A program made the translations under genes and the position numbers. Positions 14,401 through 28,614 of a stretch of 64,000 nt of DNA are shown piece by piece. This stretch comes from Ginglymostoma cirratum (lineage: Eukaryota). Under the pieces are notes generated by a model. That model was not told where the DNA came from. It made no database searches and saw only the letters and a list, made by a program, of their open reading frames with translations. Position 1 is the first letter of the stretch. Every line of letters starts with the position of its first letter. The stretch lies in the NCBI GenBank assembly GCA_024137785.1, contig JAHRHZ010000025.1:23703438-23767437 (forward strand), read 5' to 3'.

Positions 14401-15032
14401 TTTCAAGTATTCTTTCTAACACACAACATCATCCAACATGGAGGCTATTCAATCAATCTGATCCCACAGCTATGGTAATACTGCTTTGCAACCTTCTGCT
14501 TGGATGAAGCACTGCGTATTTTTCAAAGGACTTGGGGGACTTGCCCCTTGTCTTCATTTCTCTTTCTATCACTAGAAAAGCAACAAACCTCAATGTCTTT
14601 ACGGTCCCCCTGAGGCTGACAAACCATGGTGTAAAGAATCACAGAGTTGGCCTACAATTTATCATTCTATGGAACACAATACATAATTTCCTTCAAAAAT
14701 ACCTAACTCATTGGTTTGTTCCACTAATTTAGCTAGAAACAAAATCTTACCTCTCCAAACTCTTTAGCTTAATACACGAAGGGATATTTGGAATTATTTT
14801 AATCCACAAAACTTAAGCAGTTGTTTCTTGTAGCCATTAGTTTAATGCAACAGTAATCAGCTGTTTAAAATAGTTAAAAGTGAAATTTATGTAACACTTC
14901 TCTTTGTTAAAATGAATGGAATTTATTTTGTTGAGCAGATTATTTGTATCTTATATGATTGAAATGTTGATTATTTCCCTGACACCTTCACACATTTACA
15001 GATCACCAAATCACAATAAATTAATCCCATTC

Positions 15033-15377
15033 TTAGAATCCCTAAAGTGTGGAAGCAGGCCATTCGGCCCATTGAGTCCACACCAACTCTCCCAAGAGAA
15101 TCCCATCCAGACCCTACCCTATCCTATAACCCTGCATTTCCCATGGTTAATCTACCTAGCCTGCACATTCCTAGACACTATTCACAATTTATTATGGCCA
15201 ATCCATAACCTGCACATCTTTGGACTGTGGGAGGAAACCAGAGCACCCAAAGGAAACCCACAAAAACACAGGGAGAATGTGCAAACTCCATACAGGCAGC
15301 CAACTAAAGCTGGAATTGAACCTGTGTCCCTGGCACTGTGAGGCAGCAATGCTAACTACTGAGCCATAATGCTACCC
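15033..15377 (-). mobile_element. HE1/V-SINE-type shark SINE, near full length
   Basis: On the minus strand: tRNA-like head (tggctcagtagttagcattgctgcctcacag...ggttcaattcc), V-domain (ggagtttgcacattctccctgtg...tcccacagtccaaagatgtgcagg) and LINE-derived tail (gggccgaatggcctgcttccacact). Confidence 0.85.
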
Positions 15378-17029
15378 ATCCTGCATGCAGAGTTGGTTCC
15401 TTTAATGTTATTTTTAATACACTTGTGTTACTATTATGTAATATTTAAAATTAATACCTCTATGAGCTAATACCAAAAATTCTTGGAAGAGCCTTCCAAA
15501 TATTATAGGTTCCTCCTCACTAGATTTTACTGAGAAGAGATATTTTTATTTTGTGAGTTAAAAGAGTGCTCATTGGTAGACATCTTGCCAAACAATCAGC
15601 ACTCTCCACACATAAAGTATGTGTTGTTTTCCCTTAACTTTAGTATTTCATGTGAATTGTCCTAATAAGTGCAAGATAAAAAGCTTCAAAAAAAATGTAT
15701 TTTTTCCAGCAATAATTAAGTTCTGTACCACCAATGACAAGTAAATTTTACTGTTTTCTTAATTGCTGGAACAGAAGTTATTAACCTGAGCACCGCTCAT
15801 TAATTTTGTCAGTCCTATATGACACGGTATCTTTGAGTTTTCTTAACAATGATAATTTATTCTGAAAAGTTAAGTAAGTAATTCAATTCATAGTTTAACT
15901 AAGAGTTCAAGGGAATTAGCACAAATTACAGCTCTTCAATTAAACATATGTGCACAGATTAATAGTTATACAGGATCATGAATGTTTAATAAAGGTACAA
16001 TCATGTGAGATGAATTGAGGTTGTGAATATCTCTTTAAAATGGTTAACACCATAATTAATACTTATCAACTGGTGGAAAATGCCAGATAATATTTGTCAA
16101 ACCAGTTCTTATACATGACTATTACATCCTAATAAAACACATAACATACTATAGCAAATACATATTGAACAAAGAAGGTAGAATATCATTTTGGGCACAG
16201 TTGCAATCCCAGTCCAAATTCTGTCCAAAATTGAATCAATTTTGAAAGATTTTTATTCCACCGAGTGTCCGCACCAATGTATTCGCATATTGCTAAATGC
16301 AAAGTCTACACAACTGGGCTTTATTTAAAAGCAATCCTTTTCAAAGTTTTGTTGATATATTTAAAATTATCATTTTATAAAGTTGTATTAACATAGCTAA
16401 ATGACAAATTATGGAACAATGTAAACCTAAAATGCACGTTAAGTCAGTGTCTCTCCATCACCTACTCATGACCCATTTTAAAATAACTGAAAATGGCACT
16501 AGAAAGATATGCAAAACTGTTTTAGTTAGATTGGTGTATAAATTCAGTTCCTTTTGTTTAAATAAAATACATTCAAATCCTAATAAAACATACCTATTAG
16601 TGACTTTGCACACAAAGGATCCAGCTTAATATGTGAGCCTTCTCAGAAACCTGAAAATGAGTGTCATTAGCCCCAGATATCCAGTGCTGATTAATTCACC
16701 CAGTCCAGTGATTGTTTTTTGCTGGTTATTCAAACCTCAAGCAGTTTGTGCCAATAAAAAATGTGCAATTGAGCAGAACTCTGGAGATTGATGTTGCATT
16801 GGTATTATAGGGGAAACCAAACTGGACAAGATATGTTAAAATAAATGGGTTATGTTTGAAGAACAAATGGCATTAAATAAAGACAGGTATTTTCCTTGCT
16901 GATCAGTGTTTTTAGCATAACCATTCACTTTGCATAATTTGTTTTTAAATACTAGTTTATGCGTTTTGTACCAATATCTCTAATATAATTTTATACGCCT
17001 AGCATTTTTTTAAGAAGTAAACTACACAG

Positions 17030-17408
17030 AGGTGGGGATTCCTGGTAGTGGGGAGGGTGTGGGTTCAGCATAAGACTTGGCACCAGCATTGGCGAAGTGG
17101 GCCCAGTGGCAAAGAGATGGCACTTAAAGAGTGGCAAATCCTATGATGGTGTGTCCGGTGCATACGGCAGCGAGGCAGTGAAGGTGAGGTAGTGGTGCAG
17201 GTGTCATGTCACTGATGAGCTAACTCAAGACTCATGGTGGAGGCAGCGAAATGAAGATAGATTCTCCTTCAGTTATATATTTTTACTCTTTTTTATTCTT
17301 AATCTATTCAAAATGGCATGGATTGTGGCGGCAGTTGAAGCTTTTCACCATATTTTACTGTATTATTCACTGTAAAATGCAAGTGATAACAAATCATTCA
17401 AATTCAGA
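17030..17408 (+). mobile_element. Unclassified retroposon fragment, 3' end related to 53389-54213
   Basis: The tail aagcttttcac...tgtaaaatgcaagtgataacaaatc resembles the reverse complement of 53395-53470. Confidence 0.45.
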
Positions 17409-20400
17409 TGTGTATAATTTGAATTTGGATTGCTTATGTATAAGTGGGAGTGCAGTATTCACCTGGGAAGTTGCTTCAAAGATGATTGTGTCAGTTGAAA
17501 AGTAAACTTAACTAAAAATGTGACATGCAGTTTTAGTAACTATAAACTTTCAGTTAATGTTGCTAGGAATCAATGCAATGATTGTATATTTGCATAAAAA
17601 GGTTTTTTTGTTCCCAATCCTTTAACACAGTATTGAATAGTCCCCTAAGTGTGGAGCTGACAGTACATTGAGAGAGTAACAGATGAACAATGCTTCGGAA
17701 ATTGTTATGCCAAGCAGTTAGAGGTCGATTATTTATATGTACAAGGAATTTACCTCAAAAGATTTGATCCTTCTGGTTGTTACAGAGACTACTCTTTATC
17801 AGAATAATATTTTAGAGTTCACGGCAGCTTTTTCAGACCTCAGGTCTCTCTCTTCTACATTGATGGAGTGCCTGCAATAATGATAGCTGCTCAGTAAGCA
17901 CTTTATCACCTGGGAAGAGACCACTGGGATCAGCCAAGCTCACCAGGGTCCTGTGGAATAGGTACATCTAATCAAAGTTGCCATTATTCCTGTGGACCAG
18001 ATCTCTGTGACTGATGTAGAGACAAGTTGCTGATGGCATGACACTAATTTTATCTTACAGCTCTAGCTTGAGTCAAGTTTATTTAAACAATAAAAGAGGA
18101 AACAGGACAGTATGAAAGTTACCATTGCATCTGACAGCTGCAACACACAAATATATAGCTTAGTGCATGTGAAATCAGACTCAGCGATATGATTTCCCAA
18201 AATTAATTTGGCACCTAAATAATACTTCATAGCAATAAATATGAGCAGATAGATTTCCTGTGTATATATTGACATGTTCATAAGTGATTGGAAACAAGAG
18301 TCGTTTTTTTTACTACTGCCTTGTTTGATGTAGTGACATAAGTACAAAACTTAATCGCAAAAGATGGGTAGGTGTTCTACTCCATCAGAAATATACCAGT
18401 TTTCTTGGGTTATGAATTATCAATGTAGGAAGCACCTATCTAAAACTGATGGGTGGTTCATTGAAATACTCAGATGGAAATGGAGTTGTGAGGCACATTT
18501 TCCAAAATTCAAGTATACAGAAAATTTATTCCAAAAGATATCCAAGGGAAAAAAGTGTCCCACTGTTTTTCCAGAATCAGTTACATTCGTATGTCATTTA
18601 AAGGCTACAAATTAGTTGAAGTTAAAACGTTTCAGTCATTTTGTTTCCCGCTTTTGAAATGTGCTTTTATTTCTGGACGTTTGCAGCAATTGTTCAATTT
18701 GATTTTACCCCGTTAGTTCCCTACAGGAATCTAATTGTTAGATGTATTTGAAAAAAAAGAGAGACTTCAGAGGAATGCAAGGCCATGTCAACTGCATGAG
18801 GGTTGCTACATACCCACTCGCTGCTATATATCTATTTGTATCTGCAAGCAGAAGTCAGCAGATCTCAGTTTAGCAGATGGTTAGTATATGGAGAAACTCC
18901 TCTTCCAAAAGAATGCTATAATCCGAAGAAGATATGTGAATGCATGACTAGCTGTCAGGTTCACACTTGCTGATAGGTACCCAAATTACAACATATCACG
19001 CTTTCAGCAAGATTGCTTGAAATAAGCCTGTTGTATGAATCAACAGGATGCAATACCTGATTGGCCACATCCATGAAAATGCTACCAATATACTTGGTCC
19101 TGTTGCAACTATCTGGCAATAGTGGCTGTAAACCTGCTTCCAAATGGTCTGAGTCAACAAATAGCCAGCTGGAGTGCTGAGATATTTACTACAAGAGCAC
19201 CTTCAGTGATGGTCTACCTCTTAATAGGTCTGCTGTAATGCTGATCATTTTTGGTCCTTGAATGATGCAGAGGACCACTTCAGCATTTTAGAGTCAAGGG
19301 ATCAGCTATCTTGTCAACAGTCTGTAAACATGTCCTGCACTTTGGATTGAAATCTCTCTCCATTTTACCTGTCACTTTTCAGTCTTTTGCCCCTTCAGCT
19401 TTGCCATTGTGTTCAAGTTGCCTCTTGAGTTCCTCCCAAGGCAGCTGGTATTTCTGTGATCTTAGGCTGGATATTATGTTCACCCACCAGGTGTGTTTTC
19501 AGTTGGCAAAGAGGTCTGTAAAACAGATTGAGCACCCTGCCCAATCTGTTACCTTGCTGCCCACACCCTGAACTCACAACTGCATGAGGAGGCTGGATGG
19601 GCACCAGAATTGGAAGTGTCCCAACCATATTTAGATAATGAATTAAGGATTAATTAAGTCTGATAAAATATGGTCAGTCAGACAGGAGTGGATAGTACTT
19701 TTTAAAAGCCTACATGAAGAAAGGTGAGAAGGAAGGGGAGCACCTTATCCAAGATGTCACCTCACCTATCCTTCTGCACCAACTGCCAGAGAGGACCTGC
19801 CCTCCATTTCTCCCTCCCTGGGCTCGGGATCAATCTCCACCATAAAATCGCAAGAGGCAGCCATGATCCTTTTCAGGCTGCTTTCTGCACTACTGACAGC
19901 ACCCATCTCAGAGCTCCAGCACTGCCAAGAGGAATGAGTTGCTGACCAAACAGAATGGCCATCAGCCCCTGAAGGCAGGAATTCTTCCCAAGGGAGGGAG
20001 AAAAGTCCTGAAATTAGTCAATTTAGCCCCACCTGCTGTGCATTCTGCCTGCAGGAAGACTTCTATTCAATGTGTTGTCTTTTTTACAACTTATCTGCCA
20101 GGGTTGGAGGGGTGGGGGTTGAATAAACTTCCCTACCCTGCCATAAATATCTGCCCCTTAACTCAATACCCTTCTTTGTTTCCTTCTCTTTAGATTTCAA
20201 ATGCAACTTTACATTCCCACCAATTGTGTTCACTGCTTCTGTCAAAATCTACTGCTGAAACAAAAGCTGACGCTTAGTAAACTTCAGAAGATTCATCGAA
20301 TACTTTTATTTTAGCCTTTCTAAACCTGCATGTATGTCTGGGCTATATTTACAATAGAAAATCTTGACTAAAGTATTGCCTCTAACATAACAACAACCGT

Positions 20401-20535
20401 CTTTCTGATGAAGGGTCTAGGCCTGAAACGTCAAGCTTTCCTGCTCCTATGATGCTGTTTGGCCTGCTGTGTTCTTCCAGCTCCACACCTTATTATCTCG
20501 GATTCTCCAGCATCTGCAGTTCCTATTATCTCTCT
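20401..20535 (+). mobile_element. Penelope-like terminal-repeat-derived element with hammerhead core
   Basis: CTGATGAAGGGTCTAGGCCTGAAACGTC followed by ctttcctgctcc...ccagcatctgcagttcc. Same family as 27404-27500, 43774-43897 and 62226-62430. Confidence 0.75.
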
Positions 20536-23500
20536 ACCATAACCTGCTTTGACAATATTTTACACAAAAATGTGCTACACAGTTTAATTTTTACTCAATA
20601 TACAGGTATTTGCCCTAATTTTAATCGTTTTTATTTCTTCTCTTCTCAATAAGTTACTATTGTCCTGCCCTCTCCTAAGAGACTTGACTCATTACTGAAG
20701 TATTTGCTGGTCATGTGTTCTCTATTAGGATACTATGAACCTCAGTATTGAGTTTTGGAAGACTGTTGCAGACATGTCGCATTCAAACCTTTTCTCTCAC
20801 CTTGGCCAACATCTTATATGATACTTTCAGCAAGGATGACTCGTTTGGGAATCAGTAGAAGGATCCTATGACCAACTTTCTTCGTTTGAAGTTCACTACA
20901 GCCAACTACATCTCCCTATCATTGTCTTAACTGAGATTAGCAATACCAAGCACTACAAATGATTCTTTGTTGACTGAGAAGTTAAATGACAATGTACACA
21001 CTTAGACATATTGCTTTTAGAAGTGGGTTACTTAATGCCCTGCAATAATGAACAGCAGCATTTATTTGTTAATATTTTATTATAGAACTGGAAATCAAAG
21101 AGGAAATGCAATTTTTCTACATTTAACTTTTCAAAAATAGTGGGTTATTTTTCCAAATACAATGCACGCTTTTTCCCAAAAGAAATTGAAAAGCGAGCAC
21201 GGTGCATTGTAGTCAGATATTAAAATGCACATAAAATTCTAAATACCTCCTAAACATCATGATCTGAATTGCAGAAGGCAGATTCACATTACGTTCAGAA
21301 TTATTGTCAATCTTTGTGGATGTTTTGCTAATTTTCTCAGACTATCTGGGATGATGTCCTACGAAAATTATTTTCTGTCTTTGCATTCATGTTTGCATGT
21401 TTCCCTGTGTGTGTTTTGTCAAACAAGACACAGATATTTCCAAAATGTTCCATTTTTGCATGTCTAGCTATAGGCCTGTAATATATTAGAAAATACCATG
21501 AATCCAGCTCTTTTCTTGATAATAAGTAGTGTTTGTAGCACTCATGGCATTTCAAAAAATAGAATTCACTTCAAACATCACAAAGCATTCTCGAACCTTG
21601 AGAGTTACAATTTAAGGTTGTGCAAAACATGCAGCTCCAATAGATCAGCATTTGAACTGGCAACAAGCCACAGGCAAGAGAATGTCATGAATCATAGATC
21701 TCAAAGGTAGCTGAGTCAAAAATCCTATTTCCGAAGGTTCCACACTAGCAGTGTCGCTTTACCTTCAGTTCTCTACTTTGACTCAATTACTAATTTTCAG
21801 AGACCAATGCATTAAATTAGACAGTACATTTGACAATGTAGTACTATCAGTTCAGCCAGATTTCTGACTGAAAAGCAAATGGATTTGATCAGAGTTATGG
21901 ATGTTGATATTTCTTTATGTTATAAATGTTTATGTTATAAGAGGAGTGAAAGACTTTCTGTACTTTTGAGATTAGCCTTCAGTGTACTGATTTCATTATG
22001 CAGCAAGCAAAGTTCACTTTTTTTCTCAATAAAAAAACCCTATTGGACAGAGATAACATTTTAATGCAGTTTCATACCATTTTCTGTTAAGCAGTTAACT
22101 CTATTGTTGAAGTACAGTTACCAGGTAATTTTCATTTGATCAAAGACTTTGACCACAATATGAATAAGAATAGTGCAAAGAATGAATTCCATTTTCTTGG
22201 TCCAGGTTCAGCTTTATCACTGGATTTGATTTTGATGCTTGAAATTTCCCCAAGGGACGATCAAAAATAAAATGCTAACAGTATGTAAAATTGCAGATAA
22301 AGATGAACTGCTTTCAACTTAATTTTGCTTCAATTAAAACATATTATTTTGCTATACCACAGTTCCTACTTTTTTTACACGAATATGTGTGATAAATGAA
22401 TGGTATAATGTGTCAATTTTTTCTCTGAATATTTAATTGGTATTACTAAGTCCAGGATAAAATTGTTAAGGATTTATCTTACAGTGTTACCATTTTTTTC
22501 TGACATTTGTTTTCATCCAAAAGTAAATGAAAGGAAAATAGTAATTTTAAAAACTCCTTCCCAAACACTGTTAACAGCTTGTTAAGAGTCTTACCAGAAA
22601 AAAAATCTCTACAGAGAGGAGATATATTTGAGAACTGAACCCTGGCCTCACAGCAAGGATTGATGTTAGTTAAAAGAACTTTAAGATTTCAAATACTTTT
22701 TATTAAATCATTATTTAAATGATAGGGTGCGTCTCAGGAAAAATATAAAATGCTGCAGCATATTCAAGTGCATTTTATGAAAATGATATTCTATAATCAA
22801 ATAAAATTAATAATAATATTTCAGTAAGCATACAGACTTTTTATAGTGTCTGCTGTATTGTAAAGGATCAATTATAGTTGCCTAAATTTCTCACACGGTC
22901 TCTGAAGAGCTGCTGTCACGTGATATAAAATAGATTTTAAATTTTTGTGAGAGAAGTATGAATTCAAATCAAATTTTAATAATTGGCACAAAAAGTAAAT
23001 TTTTGTCTTGTGGTGTTCATGTTGTAGATCGTTTATACACAAGAAGTAAAGAGAGTCTGAAATCCTTTCAATAAATTAACCAATGTTAACTGCCATTATA
23101 AATTGAACATTTGGCTTTCACCCCTTCCTTATATTGGTATTTCTAGTAGTATTTCATTCTTTCTCTTTATTCTTCATTTAGGTATTTTATATTTTCCACT
23201 ACATTCCAGACAAATCACTGGTTATGAAGTCAGTTCCAATATTTAAATGCATTGGATAAATGTATTAATTATTTGGTCTGCATGGATGATTTGTAAATTT
23301 TATTATAACGAATATCACAACATCTACATCTTAAAAATTACTTATTTCTTTTCAATTATGCACTTCCAATTTATGAATTCATATTCTTAACTTGAAAATA
23401 ATCATGTATAGTAAAGCCCCATACAATGGCTACCTGAGACTACCCACATAGGAGCTGGTACATATCTACAACTCTCCGGTGTATTCGAGTTCGCCTATTG

Positions 23501-26500
23501 GTTCAATGAGGAAAAGAAATAAGAGCAGAAACTGATACAAATTTGTATTTGACTAGGACTGTCAATGAGGTACACGCTGCCCTACTTTTTCTCTTTGTGC
23601 TTTCTTAGGTTTAAGTAATCACGATCAATGATGTTTTTGCCTATTGTTTTCTTCTTTTTATTTTCTAGTATCCTTTCTGGATGTATCTTTATAATCTAAC
23701 TATGACTTAAAGATTTGCCTTCTCAAATCAAAATGACTGTTCTTTGATTTCATGTCTGCAATGTGTAATATACGTACTAGTGCCAGCCATTCAATGTTGC
23801 CATCTTTCAGCAACAAGTGTTTTAGGAGCTGTTATTAGCTGTTCAGTCACAGCCAGATGTCAGTTCTCATTTGCTAACCTGATATTAATTTGTTCGTACC
23901 GCGGAGAAGTTGCAAAAATGCTCATGAGGACAATAGTCTCTACCCTTTCCTGAGCGACACATTCGTACCAATTCTGATACAAGTTCCGGTTATGCGTGTG
24001 TGAGATCTATTTCCCCCTTAATAGTAAGGTAATTTGTTAAATTAGATCTGCAATTGTTCATTTCTGCTATAAATCCACACTGAACTGTACTCTGCCATCA
24101 AACATTAAATTACAGCGATATAAAAACTACTTGTGACCAAGATAGAAACGTCGGGGAAGAAAATCCTTATTTATAGGAGACAATTAAGTAAGAAGCGTCG
24201 TGTACTCCGCATTGACTACTGAATGTATCATTGTTTCTATATCCAAGTGGCAAACTTCTGCTTGACAAGTCTGAAATGAGCATTGCTGCGGCCTATTCCA
24301 ATCGGAGTTTCCTAATGTTCGCAACAACAGGTCTGTGTCTGTGTTTCTGTGTTCACTCAGTCGCACTAGGCCATTACTGTTCCGACACCACTACAGTACA
24401 GGGGTCTGAACTTGGCTGTGACATTGTGAAATAACAAGCCTTCTTTCTCCAGTTTCGGAGCAAGTTGCATTGTCCGTGCTGTTACAGCGAGGAAGGATCT
24501 CAGTATACGAACGCTTTAAACACTGGGTTTCTGAAACTGCAGAAGTAGAGCTATTAACCCTTTCTCCGAAAATCTGGGAAGTCTGACTCTTTGTGACTGA
24601 AATACATTTACCCACTTCTACATCAAGAGCACCTCAAACTTTGAAGTTCGTCATTCGTTAAGAATTTTCAGTCCTCGTCCAATTGTTTAAAACATTCCGC
24701 AAAGCACAATATGACGTTTTGGTTTGTATTTTTATAACAAAACGAATGTTTCATTTGTGTCGAAATAGATTAAGTAGACGATGTGCCTTTATAACTTTTA
24801 TCTGTAAGCGGCACTTGTGGAAATAGTCACTTGGTTTTTGTTTTAAGTAAATGATTCACATCCTAAGCAAAGATACAGATTCCAAGTTAGTTCCGAATTG
24901 TTGGTCTAAACGAGAGTAACCACAAGAGTACCCCCTGCTCTTAACAGTTTATTTGTACTATGTATGGCATCCACCAAAATTTAATGAACATTTATTTGGG
25001 ATTCACTTTGATCAAATCATTTTCGAACAATCAAACTTTAAAATAAAAGTGATCCCTACATCTCAGATAATCTTTACACTCGCAGAGTCTCTCTCCAAAA
25101 TCATTATCATATATAGATAATTTCTCGTTAAGAACTGAAAGTATTGTGCTAAAATGTCTAACTTTATGCCAGAAATTGTCGTAAAAGAGGCATACAATGT
25201 CACTCAATCGTCTAACTCCTACGGGGGTAAAATGAACTCGCCTCTATAAGGGAAATCAATCCAATGGTCACCCTACTGGGAAATCTCGTTCCCGGACGGG
25301 GCGACGAGAGAAGTAGACAGAAAGGGAGAAAGAATGGAGACAGACACATGAACACAGCGCGGTGTGTAGATGGGTATAAAGTTGTTCCCTGAGCTGACAC
25401 TCCTCCGTCCCGCCTGTGACTGACGGCGGCTTGGTGCTGTAATAGCGCAACGTGAAGATGAGGAGGAATCAAGCGCCGGAGTGGGTTCATAAGGACCCAT
25501 CGATCACTACCCGCACATGCATCGCTTTTGTTTAAAAAAACGCAATTGCTTGTATTTGCTTCTTTACATCTTGTTTTATCGTGATAGTATTTACTGGCAC
25601 TTTGCGGTTATACCAGCCGCCGCAGGTTGACTGTTCCTGGCTTCCGTTTGATTGTGTTGGACATTCCCCCTCGAACTGTCTCTGGACTCCCTGCTCATGG
25701 AACTTGTTGGTGCGGGTTGCGGGGAGAGCTGAGAAAAGGGAGCGTGCTGTTCCCCCATTGTCTGTCCGCAAATTGTAAGATCCTACCTCAAGGGGAACCC
25801 AACAAGAAAGACTTGGACGCGCGGTAAATGTTATGATTTCATTGGTGCTTTTCAAAACGCGAAAAGGAAAATAAAGAGCGCCCCCGGCATTTCTTTTAGA
25901 CAATGTCGTTCAGATGACGTAGTTTTGCTATATTCGCCTAATATTTATTTGTACGGTCTTCTCCAATGTATTTAAACATGTGTTCAATGTATATAAACTT
26001 TCTAAATATATTTTAAAACGTATATAATATGTAACCTAAATAGAACCATACGACGGAACGCGAGGACAACAAACGCTGAGATCTCAAGGGCCAATAAGAA
26101 GACCGTGTTAAAAGATGTTATTCTGCTAAGTAGATATGACGTGAAAAAGATTGGGGATGGTTTCAGTTGACTTTTTGAGGCAAATGGTTTATAAAGAAAT
26201 ATTGCAATCACACTGATGCACTTAAAGTCGATTAAATTTTTGGCCCAATATTAGGTGTCACTGAAGTGATGGCTTATTATTTGGCTGTAATATAGACTAC
26301 TCTCTGTGGCTGAGGTGTTTACTTTTATTTCAATTGTGTTGTGGGGCACTTAAAGCACATGGGAAAAATAGAAATATGAGACAAAAACACGCCGGCTCTT
26401 TCTCTGTTACATTCACCGGCGGCTCTGTGACCTCACAAGGTTGGTGGTTGGGTGCTGGGGATTCGCACGGAATGTCGAAACTTCGCTGAAATATCGGTTC

Positions 26501-27403
26501 CAATTGCACCCTGAATCGCAAAGCAGTGGTTATTGAGCTGGTCATTTTCATTGTCGGAATAACCCGCAGAATACTACGCTGCAACACATAAATGCGCTGG
26601 CTGTGTTATTTTTTGCCAAAACAATCCTCATTTGATCGAGTACACTCCGAATTCGATACACGCTATATGAAGAACAGGAGGATTCGACCAATTCTTCTCT
26701 TCACTGCCCCATGCGTTCAGAAACTTATTATCAACATCACAGAGGCTTGTCTTACACCTTTTAACCAAGATCGAATAAAGGCAGATATTAATTATTTCAG
26801 ATTGGCCGAATGTAATGCCTGTCTCTCCTTTTAGAATACCTGTAAACAGCTATTTATTTTCGCGCCTCAGTCGCATCTCTCAGGAACTTCTCATGGGGAT
26901 TTCCTGGTATTAATTTTGAAGTTTGCTCTATTCAAATTTCGCTCATAGAAAAATCACTCAGCAAACCAGCCTTGTCTCGGCTCTCCTTATTTCCCGAAAT
27001 TATTTGGAGGTTTAGCCAAAATGAATACTTCCCACTGTAACAGCAGCCTATCTTCTTAAACATGACCCAACTTTGCCATGAAGTACCACTTATTTGTAAT
27101 GAATTCAATCAAAAGAGAGCTTTAATATGTCGTTGTTTTTACTGGTATTCGCCAGTCTATCCAATGGGTACAATCTCTTGGATCATTGTTAAATCCATGG
27201 CCCTCTGGTCCTATTCTCACTCGCAAATCACAAAAGTTACTTTTTAAAACCTTTTTGACTCTTTAGTGTGTGCTTTGTGTCAGCAAAAATCCGCTAAAAC
27301 AGGACAGCCAGCAGCAGCTCCAATCTGTTATTAGCTAGTTATTACCAGAAGAACATTCTGATCAGTCTGTAGGTTTTGCAACAAAAAGGGTTGTGGGATG
27401 TAT

Positions 27404-27500
27404 CAGAGATAACAGGAACCGCAGATGCTGGAGAATCCGAGATAACAAGGTGTGGAGCTGGATGAACACAGCAGGCCAAGCAGCATCGTAGGAGCAGGAA
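27404..27500 (-). mobile_element. Truncated copy of the same Penelope-derived repeat
   Basis: gagataacaggaaccgcagatgctggagaatccgagataacaaggtgtggagctggatgaacacagcaggccaagcagcatc is the reverse complement of about 20440-20530. Confidence 0.75.
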
Positions 27501-28029
27501 TGTGATGGATTGTTCCTGTAAGCAAGGCTTCGACTGTATCCTCAGTATTTATGTTGTCTCAATTTACCAACATTTTTTAAAAAAATCAACATGCCTAAGC
27601 TTGACCTTTAACAAACTTCTGGCAAGGAAGTAGAAACGTTATTACAATGACTGTTGTTTACTGGGCTTGTTTTGATGCATTCTGCCAAATATATTTTAAT
27701 CTGTCCAATTTTAAAACCTCACGCTATCATATCCCTAATGTTATAGTACCATAAACTAAACCGGAACAAATAACAATGAGACAGCAACAGTTAGCTGGTT
27801 GAATATTTAAATATGAAGAGGTTGCAAATAGTCTTCTGGTAATGCACATTTCCGGTAGACCAATGCAGGTGAGCTCCTAGCCAGTGATGCTGTGCATAAG
27901 TGAATACTTCTTTTGCTGAAAAAATCTGTTTACAATAACACATTCATAATATCTCCTAAAACGAGTTAAATACGCGCGCAATCAGTTCCAGTTTATTACA
28001 GCTTGATCAGAGCAAGAGGGGTCGTTTAC

Positions 28030-28090
28030 CTTTTTTAATTACCGACTGGTCCAATATATTCATCCCAGAGCTGCCGTTATCATCCACGGC
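28030..28090 (-). CDS. TFAP2E: AP-2 transcription factor exon 3 (AVDDNGSSGMNILDQSVIKK)
   Basis: Acceptor cccccttcAG, a 61 nt exon encoding AVDDNGSSGMNILDQSVIKK+G, then donor GTAAAC. It matches the conserved LDQSVIKK exon-3 motif of AP-2 proteins, with the expected phase 0 in and phase 1 out. Confidence 0.93.
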
Positions 28091-28614
28091 CTGAAGGGGG
28101 GTGGAAAAAGATAAGATCAGGCCGTTTGGTTAACAGCATTAACACAGTGACAATCGTCCCTCTCTGGTGTTCTGACCATATTGCAACTCGCTGTTGAATT
28201 CACTTGATTCCTTTGTTTCTAAGTTATGTGAAACTAGCCTGGTTTGAATAAATTTTAAATTCAGGACAAGGTAGTGCCTCTCTCCTCTGTCTTCTTATTG
28301 TCACTTGCGCCCAACCCCGCAGTTTTCCCCTCGAGATTGTTCACCCAAATATCGCATATCAAATCTTTCTGGATTAACTTTCCTCCACGCCAGCTCCCCA
28401 TTCCCCAACGAATATTTGTCGGCGCGCCATGTATGTTTGGGCGTGTGTGTATGCCTGACTACAAAACGGAAAAAAATTCGTGCATTTTTATAACGCATGC
28501 AGTCGCAAAAACTCGTTGTAGCCAATGGAGTACTTTAAGTGTAGTCTCTATTGGAACCCAATAATCAATTAGACATCAGCAAACTCCCACAAACGGCAAT
28601 TTGACTGGGTTACC

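Noticed and set aside
17205-17280. CTGATGA-GCT...AGC-GAAA-TGAAG...CTTCA hammerhead-like pattern
   Set aside because: The position that must be U16.1 is G (no NUH triplet) and no helix I can form. Probably chance, or a dead relic.
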